This document shows positions 11,401-21,359 of a stretch of 64,000 nt of DNA, piece by piece. The notes beneath the pieces were generated by a model. That model had not been told where the DNA came from. It made no database searches and saw only the letters and a list, made by a program, of their open reading frames with translations. Both the position numbers and the translations under genes were made by a program. Location: positions 9,982,001-10,046,000 of the forward strand of contig JBHGNT010000021.1 in the NCBI GenBank assembly GCA_043228905.1, read 5' to 3'. The number at the start of each line of letters is the position of its first letter. The first letter of the stretch is position 1. Origin of the DNA: Azolla caroliniana. Lineage: Eukaryota; Plantae; Polypodiophyta.

Positions 11401-12015
11401 ATAAGGATGATATTTTGCCGGAAGTTGTACTGAGGAGTCCTTCTTAATAGTGCTGGAAGGATGTACTGATATGGCAAATAGGAACATTGCCTCCTTGGGT
11501 CCTTCTTCACGTAGTTGATGGAGTGAAATGGTCGAAACTCGGTGAGTTGATTCTTGGGGTGGTCGATATCGGACTTCTCTTGTTCTCCAATCTATGGCTG
11601 GATTATGTAATTCAAGCCAAGGTAATCCTAGGACAATGGGATGCTCTGGACTACTAATTATATTAAATGATATTATACACACAAAACTACCTAGGACAAC
11701 TTGAATGGGTTCTGATTCTTCTACAATATTCCCGGAAGCAATGGGACGACCATCAATGACCACTACAGATGCGGGACAAGGAAGTTTTCTTAAGGATATC
11801 TGAGAAGCTTGGGCAAAATTTCGATCCATGAAACAGGAATTAGCTCCAGAATCTAAAAGTGCTAGGACGGGTACTGGGGGAGTACTTTTAGTACTAACAA
11901 TGACTTGGGCTAGGAACACATTGCTAACTTGCTTGGAAGGAATGGAACCACTAATGGGCTGTACAGATCTAGGGCTGCTGTCCAACCAAATGGCTCCTAT
12001 TTTGGCTGGACTCAA
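8443..12015 (-). CDS. pol: Pol polyprotein (PR-RT-RH-INT-chromodomain), in -1 frame to gag
   Basis: LLDSGA protease, YLDD RT, DASD RNase H, HHCC and DDE integrase, GPF motif, chromodomain YEVAAILDS...YLVDWVGYSPSERTWEP. ORF has no ATG at its start. Confidence 0.95.
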   Translation of the reverse strand: MSPAKIGAIWLDSSPRSVQPISGSIPSKQVSNVFLAQVIVSTKSTPPVPVLALLDSGANSCFMDRNFAQASQISLRKLPCPASVVVIDGRPIASGNIVEESEPIQVVLGSFVCIISFNIISSPEHPIVLGLPWLELHNPAIDWRTREVRYRPPQESTHRVSTISLHQLREEGPKEAMFLFAISVHPSSTIKKDSSVQLPAKYHPYADVFDKVKAGTLPHHRPYDCPIDLQPGTEPPWGPIYNLSPTELEVLRAYIEENLASGFIRHSKSPAGAPIFFVKKKDGSLRLVVDYRGLNKVTIRNRYALPLISSLLERVNGAKFFTKIDLRGAYNLVRIRPGDEWKTAFRTRYGHFEYTVMPFGLTNAPAVFQHMANDIFRDLLDICLIIYLDDLLIYSKTQEEHDSHVLLVLKRLRENGLYAKLEKCSFDCKQVEFLGYVISSKGIAMDPAKVQTVLEWQIPRSVRDVQCFLGFANFYRKFIQDYSKIILPLTQLTKKGQAFLWSIEADMAFRHLKKAFTSAPILAHVDTSKPFIMEADASDFALGSILSQQGDKEELHPVAFHSRKFDVAEINYEIHDKELLAIVDSFVQWRHFLEGSPHQVVVFSDHKNLAYFQNARVLNRRQARWAQFLTRFDFKITYRPGKQQGKADALSRRSYLAPRPGDPTFDNQKQVILGPTRLHTTRIFHTPMDSRITDDIRANLKTDSFSQNILAHIDTSRASCSQSQQPGIDYRQFEYHDGLLFFKKRVYVPDCSCRLHIVQHCHDTHTAGHFGSTKTLELVQRSFWWPHMRRFIDDYVRTCDACCRAKMPRHHPYGLLEPLPIPSKPWQSICLDFITDLPVSQGFDAILTVVDRYTKMAHFVPCTKAITSEETAVLVMREVFRHHGLPDSIISDRGPQFVSKFWQHLFKMLKVSCNLSSGYHPQTDGQAERTNQTLEQYLRCFLSYQQDDWAEILHFAEFAYNNAVHSSTRVSPFYAYTGSHPRWSVIDTPELPTNPRAGDHLERLRKIQTDLSTHLRHAQQTQKIYADRHRLPSSFAIGDRVWLLRRHIKTTRPCDKLDYRRLGPFLITGKVNDVTFRLDLPPPLQLHPVFHCSLLEPYKANTIPNRVTPPPPPLELDTGPEYEVAAILDSKLLRNKLYYLVDWVGYSPSERTWEPVEHVANAQDLLADFHRKYPDKPGPQSAPTRSTRRL

Positions 12016-13169
12016 TCGTTTAACTCTTCATCTAATTGACTAAGGATTTCAAATTTATTTGAGATACTTGGGCTATTAGTACTATGAATACTATCTGACA
12101 CTCTATTAGTACTATTAATACTATCAGACACTCCGAAGGGAAGAATTGACTCGGGTTTAGTACAGGCGACGATTTGATTTACCTGTCTTCTTGGCCTATG
12201 GGGACAATTGATGGCGATATGTCCTGGTCCACCGCAATAAAGACATAATCGATTGGCACGTCGTCGTTGCTTTTCTTCTTCCGATAACGGGCCGCGTCGA
12301 CGCATGGTATCGATCTCCATCGGTGTCGAAGTATTTGCTTGAGGTATGTCTCGTGCAAATGGTTTAGCCGCGACTGCGGCGTAAGTGGGCTCTGGTCTAG
12401 AGCGTGGTATCTGTAATTGACGTTCTGAACGCCGTTCGAACAGGCGGTTGTCACATCGAACTGCTCGACTGATTGCCTCCGTAAGAGACTTTGGTTCTTC
12501 GGGGAAAGTGAGAAGTAGATCTTTGACATCGTTTCGCAAGCCATAGCGAAACTGCTCCATTAGTGCTTGATCATCCCAGGGTATATCTGAAGCAAGTAGG
12601 CGGAAATCCGCCGCGTAGGCAGAGGCTGGACGATCGCCTTGACGCAATCGCCGGATCTTGTTGATCGCCGTCCTGATGCTGTCGGTGTCTCCAAAGCAGG
12701 CTTTAAACTCACCAATAAAATCTTCAAAGTTATTAAGCAAGGGGGATTGTTTTTCTAGAAGCGGAGCGAACCATGCCAAGGCTGAGCCGCTAAGTAGCGT
12801 GCCTATTAGGCCGACTCGAGATGCATCAGTGGGATATCGGGAAGGATGCATCTGGATGACTAAGCGTACCTGATTAAGGAATCCCCGGAATTGCGAACGC
12901 GTTCCATCAAATTTCACAGGAAGTCCAATCTTGGGCTCTTTATGAAATCCTTGGGGACTGGATCCTTGTTGTTGCAACGCTGCTTCGAGTTGTTGTACCC
13001 GTAACGCTAACTCCCCATGTTGTTGTTGCGTTTGTTGTTTTTCGAGAGCGATTTGTTGCAGATCCCCTATCAGCCGTTGGTTTTCTTGTTCCAGGGCCAC
13101 AAACTTTTCTTTTAGGCACTGTAGCTCGGAGAAAACGGATTGGTATTCTTGGGCGCTAACAATAGCCAT
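12012..13169 (-). CDS. gag: Gag (PEG10/Ty3 capsid-like) with CCHC zinc knuckle
   Basis: 385 aa; N-terminal coiled-coil, PVKFDGTRSQFRGF, LRQGDRPASAYAADF, PMEID, CLYCGGPGHIAINC. Confidence 0.95.
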   Translation of the reverse strand: MAIVSAQEYQSVFSELQCLKEKFVALEQENQRLIGDLQQIALEKQQTQQQHGELALRVQQLEAALQQQGSSPQGFHKEPKIGLPVKFDGTRSQFRGFLNQVRLVIQMHPSRYPTDASRVGLIGTLLSGSALAWFAPLLEKQSPLLNNFEDFIGEFKACFGDTDSIRTAINKIRRLRQGDRPASAYAADFRLLASDIPWDDQALMEQFRYGLRNDVKDLLLTFPEEPKSLTEAISRAVRCDNRLFERRSERQLQIPRSRPEPTYAAVAAKPFARDIPQANTSTPMEIDTMRRRGPLSEEEKQRRRANRLCLYCGGPGHIAINCPHRPRRQVNQIVACTKPESILPFGVSDSINSTNRVSDSIHSTNSPSISNKFEILSQLDEELND

Positions 13170-13237
13170 AGTATAGGGAAAAGGGTAGGAGGATGAGGGA
13201 GAGTGACAAGTAGGCTAGAGGGGAAATTGGTTCAAAC

Positions 13238-13662
13238 TGTCAAGAATAGTACTAAAGCAGAGATGGAATTAGTACTAAGAAGAGTAGTACTATTAGTACT
13301 AAGAGGACGGGACTGCGTAAGATTCCCGAGAGAGAGAAAATAAGAAGAGGAGAGAGAGAGATAGGATGATGACAGCAGCTCTTATATTATATGAAAGATA
13401 AGTACAAATCGGCTAAGAGGCTTAAGACTGGTGTTGAACCAATTTGGTTCAACATAATGCTTAGTGCCTTCTTTTATAGTGTTCTCAGGAATAATCCTGA
13501 AGCTTCTAGAATGTTCCAGAGAAATCTGGAATATACATTACTTTCTTATAATAAAACATAAATGAAAATAATATTCTATGAATTACAATAGATGGTGAGA
13601 TGGTTAAGAGCTCGACCCATATACCATAAGGTCATGGGTTCGAGTCTTGCCATCTCATGACA
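13238..13662 (-). repeat. 5' LTR of chromovirus A
   Basis: Direct repeat of 8007-8431; TATAAAA on the minus strand at 13472-13478. Confidence 0.96.
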
Positions 13663-13903
13663 TGGAATATGCACCAAAGTATTCCTTCAAGGTCGTGGAA
13701 GGGGGAATCTCTACTTCATGATCACCTCCTCGCTTCAGGTTCAAGGTAGCACGAATCATATTGTTGGTGACCGTGTCCGGGTGGATTCGGCGTGCGACCG
13801 CTTGGGCATCAGGGTGTGCAGGGGCATCAATCACCTTTAAATAACCACCTAATCCTCGTTCCTAAAGCCAGGAGCGGGTTTCCTGTGAAGCTGCAAGAGG
13901 CAT
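13663..13903 (-). pseudogene. 5' part of the extra ORF of Gypsy D
   Basis: MPLAASQETRSWL*ERGLGGYLKV... continues in frame across the TGGAA TSD into 8001 and below. Confidence 0.55.
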
Positions 13904-14432
13904 AATGGACTCGGGGTTTTGATGTGTGGAAGATTCGGGAAAGAGGATGAGACCAGGCCGAGACAAAGTGAGGGAAGGAGATGGTTGTGGTGCGGCAAAG
14001 GGGCTACGAAGACAAGAGAGGGCTTGTGAGCAAGAGTGGTGGGAGCAATGAAAGCGCTGAGAGCGAGAGGAGGCTTGAGAGCGTGGGAGCGATGGAGGTT
14101 GGGTGTGCAAGAAAGCGTCTGTGTGTGGGGTGTGCTTGGGGTAACTGTTTTTTATCAAACGCCTAGGGTTTTGTGCATGAAGAGGAGCCCGAAGATTCTT
14201 GGTCGTGGATGCCATAATAGGATATTATGGCCACGTGTCCTAGGGAGTTAGTGGTGTGCCTCGGGTGTTGTGCATGTGCCTTAAATACTTAAGTGAATGT
14301 GAATGTGACGAGTGTGTGCCTCTAAACATGACGTGATTTGGGTGATGTGGTAGGTGGTTTAGGTGGAACTAACTAATTGCTAAAACTATGCCTAATCCTA
14401 CCTAATGTATGCTTTGGAATGTTGGTGGGTTC

Positions 14433-17400
14433 TTACCGAGGGGGATGCATGGCCTCCTTCGTGGCATTGTCCGTGCCGTGAGACTCGGCGAAAGGGTTGG
14501 CTAGGGTATTTCCCTGGTACGGTCGCAGTCGAAATCCATTCACCCAGCTTTTGACAATTTCCCCGGCAAGGGTGCCGAGCTGGAACATGCCGTTAAACTC
14601 GTCAATAATCCAGAAGGGGCTGGTCCATCGAAATCGTAACTTCCTTGGCATGGCACCGAGTCGTGTCTAGAAAACGAGGACCGGTTTGCAGATGGTCAGT
14701 TCTTGTTCCAATCCTTTCCGATGTCAGTCCACAAAGGCTTTCCATTGTCGTTGGCACTGTTCAAGTTGGGCCATGCTCGCTACTCGGTCCTCGCCAAGTT
14801 CGAGGAGTTGTTCCAACCTAAATTGTACGGATTGGGCCTCAAGTAGCCTTGCTTTAACTTGAACTCGGAGACTCGGAACTCGGAACTCGATGGGCATAAC
14901 GGCATCGAGACCAAAAGCCATCCGAAAGGGGGTGGATTGAATGCTCGTTTTGAATGTAGTGTGATAAGCCCATAGTGCACTCTGGAGCTTGTCATCCCAA
15001 TCAATGTAGTTCTCGTTGACGATCTTCTTCAGGATTATTTGGAAAATTTTGTTAGTCGATTCTGCCAATCCGTTTGCCTACGGGTAGTATGGTGTACTTT
15101 TCTTATGTACAACCGCGTAGTGTGTCGTAAGCTCGCGTATTATATGGTTTATAAAGTGCCCACCTTGGTCACTAACGAGCTCTATTGGGCATCCATAACG
15201 GCACCATAGATGTTCGTACACGAGTTTGGCCATGGATGTTATCCTGTTGTCTCGTAAAGCCTTTGCCTCGACCCATTTTGTGTAGTAGTCCGTGGCCACG
15301 ATGATATACTTATTACCGGTTCGGGCCGCAACTGGTTTGAAGGGTCCCACAAAATCTAACCCCCATTTTTGAAATGGTTCCAATGGAAGAATGGGTTGGT
15401 GTGGCATTCGAGCTTGTTCCATCGGTTGTCCCAACCGTTGGCACAAGTTGCACTACCGACAGAACTCGTGGGCATCCTTTTTCGTTGTAGGCCACCATAA
15501 CCCACTCTACCATACTTTCCTTGCCGTGGACTCTCCGGTGTAGTGTCCACCGGCGATTCCTAGGTGGGCCTCTTGGAGGATGGCCTTCTTCTCGAATTGT
15601 CGAATTGCCCGACGCCATATTCCGTCCGAGCCTTTGTGGTAGAGGATGTTGGAAATGAGAAAAAAGTTTCGGCTTCGTACTGCGATTCGTTTCCGCGCAT
15701 CGAGGGGCATGTGGTCGGGAGGCAGGCCAGTACTAAGGAAATGGGTCATCTCCGTGATCCATTCATCTTCTTTGTCGTCTGGCAGCGTTGTGAGATTAAA
15801 TAGGCCGGCATCGGGTAAATCGTGATACGTGGACTCGACAGGGTCCCTTGACTCGAGGCGGCTTAGGTAGTTAGTGACGGCGTGTTGGACTCCGAGTCGA
15901 TGTTGTATATGAAAATCAAACTCTTGTAACAGGAGCATCCATCGAGCCAGTTGACTTGTCAGGGCTTGTTTATTGACCAGGTAAAGGAGGGCCGAGTGAT
16001 CGACATGAAATGTGAATTTTTGGCCTAACAGGTAATGCTGAAATTTACTGATGTTGTAGATCATACCGAGGGCCTCTCGTTCGGTGGTTGAATAGTTCTT
16101 TTCTGCAGCCGAGACACATCGGCTAGCATAATACACTGGCCGAAACCAATTTGGGGGCGTGCATTGCATAAGTGCGCTCCCAATGGCGATATCTGATGCG
16201 TCCACGAAGACGTGAAAAGGTTCCTACATATCGGAGGTTGTACAACTGGGGCATGCAAGAGCATTAATTTCAAATCTTGGTAAGCCTCGTCCTTGATGGA
16301 AGTCCATTCAAAGGGAAGTCGATGCACCGCCACGTGTAATGGTGTTGCGAAATCGGCTCAGTGGCATATCATTCGGCTGTGCCATCTGATTTGTCCCAGA
16401 AATCGGTTGAGGGCCTTTGCGTTTGAGGGTGCGGGGGTGTTTAGGATGGCTTATACTTTATCCGGGTCCATGGCGATACCTTCTTGACTGACGATGTGCC
16501 CGAGTAGGTTTCCGCTTGTGACCAAGAACGCGCATTTTGCCGGGTTTAAACTTAACCAAGCCTGGCGACATCGACCAAGATAGAGACGTAACTGGGTCAT
16601 GTGTTCCAGTCACTGGCCATACATGGCGAAGTCATCGAGAAAGACTTGCATGAATGTCGGGATATATTTGTTAAAAATTTCGGTGATGATCCGCTGGAAC
16701 GTGGCCGACGTCGTTTTCAAACCGAACATCATTACTTCTGCCACGAAAACACCCCATTCTGTGACAAATGTTGTTTTCTCCTGATCATCTGGGTGCATTT
16801 TGATTTGGTTGTAGCCACTGAACCCGTCTAGAAAGTTGTAGCATTCGTGAATTGCCATTGTGTCGAGAACGCTATTCGTGATCGAGAGAGGGAATCCATC
16901 TGTGACCGTTGCAGCATTAAGTTTGCGGTAGTCGACGCAGACTCGGATTTTCCCATTTTTCTTGGGGACAACTATGATTGGGCTTAACCATGTGGCACGT
17001 TTTACAGGTCGTATGAACCTGACTCGGAGGATCTTGTTTATTTCTTCCTTGACCTTAGCCGCATAATTGGGGTTCATCCGGTAGCGTCTTTGTTGAACCG
17101 GCTAAGCGTCAGGGAGAAGATGGATATGATGTTGGTAGTATTGAGGGTCCAAACCCTTCATATCTGTGTAAGACCATGCGAATACATCCTGGTAATCAAC
17201 GAGTAAACGTATGAGGGTTGCTTGTTCGCCAGCTGGTAAGTTATTAGCAATCTGCAGGGTGTGAGGGTTCTCGTCCGAACCGAGGTTCAGTGTTTCAAGT
17301 GTTGATGCCTTCACTCATTGGGAGATGGCGAGTTCACGTTCAAAAGCGTCCTGAGCGTGTCGTAATTCTGCGATGGTGGTGGGATCGGGCTCGTCCTAGG

Positions 17401-19780
17401 GAGGTGTATTCTCCGTGACCTCCTCGTCTAGAGGTGTGCCGACGGCCGATATGGCATTGATTTCGAAGAGGGGTATGATAGTGGGATGGTCTTCTAGGAA
17501 GTCATCCACCTCATCATCGGCTAACCCGTCGAGCATGTGCACCCCTTTCGCGTATAACGGCGAGGTGTTCTGGGGCATGGTTACGCGTTCTTCGGTTATG
17601 ATCCGGACCTTGGTCTTTCCTCGGAGAAACGAGATCATGTTGCACTGCTAATGCTATTTGATATTTGTTGTGCGCAACCATAGTCTGCCAAGTAATATTG
17701 GGTAGGCGGCCTATGCTTCGAGTCATAATACAACAGCCGAGATAGTGAACATGTGGCCTCCTAGAGTAAAGTCGAGGTGGCGGATTAATCCGATGGGGCG
17801 AACCGATCGTCTAACAGCCATCCAAAGCCAAAAGGGGCAAGGCTCCCATTGGTTTATGCCGAGGGTGTGACATGTGGCCTCGTTGATGACGTTCACACCG
17901 AAGCCACCGTCGATTATGCACCCATGAAGGTCGCGTCCTTTAATCATGATTTTCACAGCTGGATTCTGGGAATCCATGAGGGGTGGGCCCGTCCCTGGCT
18001 CCATCAGGTTAACAGGGGGTATGACCGATTTGTCGTTAGCCATGAGCTTAGCCAAGGTATCCTGAAAGCGCAGCATGAGTAGTAATAGCTTAGGTAATGG
18101 TAGCGAGATCTTAGCGCTTGTAAGGGCTTCCCATAGATGGTCATCTTCTGCCATAGTGGATGGTCCTACGGCCGGTGGTGCGTCGATGGTCACATCCTAC
18201 ATCTCTGTGTGCATCCGTGCCACGTTGCTTTTGTTGGCGGTTTCAATCCATTCCCTGGCCGCTTGTCGGACGTCATCTTGTTCTTGCCATTGGCTGGCAT
18301 GGGTCTTGCTACGTGTAGTGACGTGTTGCACGTCAGCCATAATCGTATTCACAGCCGGGGCCTTGCCGCGGTCCGTGGTTGGGCATTGGATAGCGTAGTG
18401 GCCGGGTTGGCTACACTTAAAGCAGATAACGGGTGTCGAGTTGCTTGTGTCACCATGTTCAGTGTGTGGGAAGGGTTGTGATTGATTCCCGGCCGCTTGG
18501 GTAGGCGTGTTGGCCCGTGGCGCGGTGTGCGGGGCGTTTGAAGGGATGTCCCGACGACGATTGTCGTTCTGACGGCGATTGATCCGCGGACCTCTATAAG
18601 AGTTTCGTTGGTCGTTTCCTGAATATCGTTGATCGTACTAGTCCTCCCGGTCGTCACCGTACCAATTGTACTCATTGTTCGCTCTATATATTGATCGTCG
18701 TGGTACTGGTCACGGTCATCTGATCTCTTGCGATTGTCGTGGCGGTACCGGTCATCGTATCGATGGTAGTTGTCGTCGCGGCGGTAGTCGTCGTCGTGGC
18801 ACTGACGATCCAGGGATCATGGTCGCTCATTTGCCCGATGTCGGTATGACTTATGTTCATCTTGCCGGGAGTACGTATTGCGCAGCTCGATCTAGTGAAC
18901 CGGAGCCATGATTGTGCGGTTGAGCATGTTGTACTGACATTGTTCGATCGTGTGAGCTCGGGACTGACATATTGGGCAATGTGGCTGATGAGGGCACTCT
19001 AGAGCCAGATGGCCTGAGCCTAAGCAGGTTGTGCATTAAAGAGCTTGTTGGAAACGATTGTCCTCCTGCGGAAGGGAACTTTGCAAATAGCCCATGGAGA
19101 AAGTTGTGGTATGTTGTGTCTGATCGATTGCAAGGACGCGTGCGATGACTTGCTCGATAGTCTAGTTGGAGAAATCTGTAAGTGCGAGAGTCGTCCGTAG
19201 AGGCTCCCTTAAGTTGGATAGGAAGGTATCCAGAATGTGATGAGCGGGGACGTCGTCGGCCAGTTGTCGGTAGAGATCCTGAAACCGGATCATGAACTGG
19301 GCGACCGTCTCGTGAGGTTCTTGGTTCATGGAAAAGAATTGCCGGAGTAGTTCCTGTTTCGGAACTTGGCGGTGAAATAATTGGAGGAACTTTGTCCTGA
19401 CGTCCTGGAACGTTGTGACCTCCCCCATGTCGAGGCGGGAGTACCTCGAGCAGTCGGGCCATCGAGGGATAAAGCAAATTTCACAAGTTTGGAGGCCTCG
19501 ATTTCGGCAGCCAATAACCGTCATGTGGACACGAATGCCCGGGTGAGTGGTTGGCCTGCCATGTGGACACGAATGCCCGGGTGTGTGCTTTGGCGTCGGG
19601 GTTGTCGGTATACCGTGGGTAAGGGTAATGCATGGTATCGAGATCCGGTTCCTTGGGTAAGGCCGGAAAAGGGTTAGGGTCAAGTTGGGTGAACTCTGGG
19701 GGGCTCGGCGGGGAGGTTGGTGCGGAATCAACTCGCGACTGGGTATCGGGTGGCGAGGATTGCAACCAATGAGCCTCCAA
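14433..19780 (-). pseudogene. Degenerate gag-pol of Gypsy D
   Basis: Gag remnants 19000-19780, zinc knuckle near 18400, protease IIDGG 17723-18193, RT (VCVDYRKLN, FLDD) 16610-17077, RNase H DASD 15507-16205, integrase 14433-15446; many stops and frameshifts. Confidence 0.92.
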
Positions 19781-19940
19781 AAGTTCCTGGAACGATTGGT
19801 CAGTGACCGCCGAGTCGGAAGTTCCTTCAACTGGCTCAGGGCGTCGAGCAGGTGGCCGTGACCACGTGATACGATGGGGCGCCGTAATGGCAGCTGGAGT
19901 TTGCTTCCAAAGTAGTTCGTTGTGACCTTACAGTTGTAAC

Positions 19941-19951
19941 CGGGCGTGCCA
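19941..19951 (-). promoter_or_regulatory. PBS of Gypsy D (TGGCACGCCCG, probably tRNA-Arg)
   Basis: TGG-initiated motif 5 nt inside the 5' LTR edge; tRNA identity recalled, not verified. Confidence 0.65.
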
Positions 19952-19956
19952 AATTG

Positions 19957-20449
19957 TGTTAACCGATTCTGGGAAAACACCTTCGATGAGCCCACAGGCT
20001 ATCGGTGTCAAGGGATCGTGTTACGTGGGAGCCTCTTCTACATGGGGAAAAAGAGAGGAGAGCACAGAGCGTACATGGGCTACAACCCATTAAGTATGAA
20101 CATAGCCCGATTTACGAGTACGGGGAGAATACACAGATAGAAGTTGAGAAAAATGAAACTTATATTCAATGATAAAGCTCACAGTGATTACAGTACTCGG
20201 CCTCAGCCGATAACAGTACATACAGAGCTTGCTGCTATGATATTACTCTCGCTCAGAACGATCTAGGTACCCCCCTTGAGGTATGCATAACTTGGGTTAT
20301 ATAGTTTTTCCCTTCAGACAGAGCTGAGCCATCGGCTGATTGTGAGGGCTAAAACATGGCTATTTCTAGTCTTACCTATTTCCTCACCTACTCTTCTACC
20401 TAACAGCGAGTTTACATAACATATTTATATTTCTGGCCTATGGACAACA
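19957..20449 (-). repeat. 5' LTR of Gypsy D
   Basis: TGTT...AACA termini; first 55 bp match 6363-6417. Confidence 0.88.
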
Positions 20450-20454
20450 AGATC

Positions 20455-21350
20455 CTCTTGTCATTCATCACCCGAGTCCTGTACCTACAAAAACCAGAAT
20501 GAATCCACTCTCTTGAAACCCTCATGAAACCTTGCTTCTACCTCCACCACCATCTTCACTCATGCTTCCAAAATTAAATTAGCTTCATTTTCCACTACAA
20601 CCATCTTGCCATTCATCACCCGAGTCCTATACCTACAAAAACCAGAATGAATCCACTCTCCTGAAACCCTCATGAAACCTTGCTTCTACCTCGACCACCA
20701 TCTTCACTCATCCTTCCAAAATTAAATTAGCTTCATTTTCCACTACAACCATCTTGCCATTCATCGCCCGAGTCCTATACCATACCTACAAAAACCAGAA
20801 TGAATCCACTCTCCTCAAATCCTCATGAAACCTTGCTTCCGCCTCCGCCACCATCTTCACTCATCCTTTTAAAATAAATCAGCTTCATTTTCCACTACAA
20901 CCATCTTGCCATTCATTGCCCAAGTGTTGTACCTACAAAAACAAGACCAGAATGAATCCACTCTCCTCAAACCCTCATGAAACCTTGCTTCTGCCTCTGC
21001 CACCATCTTGACTCATCATTCTAAAAACTGAAAATAAATAAGCCTACTTAAAAAAAACTTGCACATCAAAGCATCTCGCCATTTTCCATCAAAATCTTCT
21101 CCATTTTCAGCACTTTCCTGTATATACACACTCCTCAGACCATCATGAAATTTTGTATTTGCCTCCGTCCCCATCTTCATTCATCGTTCTAAAAGTTACA
21201 ATAACTAAATCTGCTTCAAAATAATTCCACAGCAACCCTCTCACCATTTTCACCAAATTCATGTATAGACAACAATCAAAATGAATGAACTGTCCTCATC
21301 CCCTCATGAAATTTTGCTTCAAACCTCAACAACATCCTCGCTCATCCTTG
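20455..21350 (-). repeat. ~150-bp tandem repeat array in the LINE 3' UTR (continues at about 5970-6362)
   Basis: GAATGAATCCACTCTC recurs at 20497, 20645, 20798 and 20950 (periods 148, 153, 152), then degenerates. Confidence 0.9.
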
Positions 21351-21359
21351 CCATGTTGT

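Larger units (their letters stand above)
8007..13662 (-). mobile_element. Intact chromovirus Ty3/Gypsy A (Tcn1/Tf1-sushi-like)
   Basis: TSD TGGAA (8002-8006, 13663-13667), 425-bp LTRs that look identical, PPT AAGGGGGAGATAG at 8432-8444, uninterrupted gag and pol. Confidence 0.97.
6363..20449 (-). mobile_element. Non-chromovirus Ty3/Gypsy element D (Athila/Phygy/Selgy-like) with extra 3' ORF; degenerate
   Basis: TSD AGATC at 6358-6362 and 20450-20454. 5' LTR 19957-20449; only 55 bp of the 3' LTR remains (6363-6417). Gag-PR-RT-RH-INT order; no chromodomain and no additional RNase H seen. Confidence 0.88.

Noticed and set aside
19522-19583. 24-bp direct repeat in Gypsy D gag
   Set aside because: Ordinary local duplication that breaks the frame of a dead element.
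20455-21350. CRISPR-like array
   Set aside because: Whole units repeat with no unique spacers; eukaryotic context; no cas genes.
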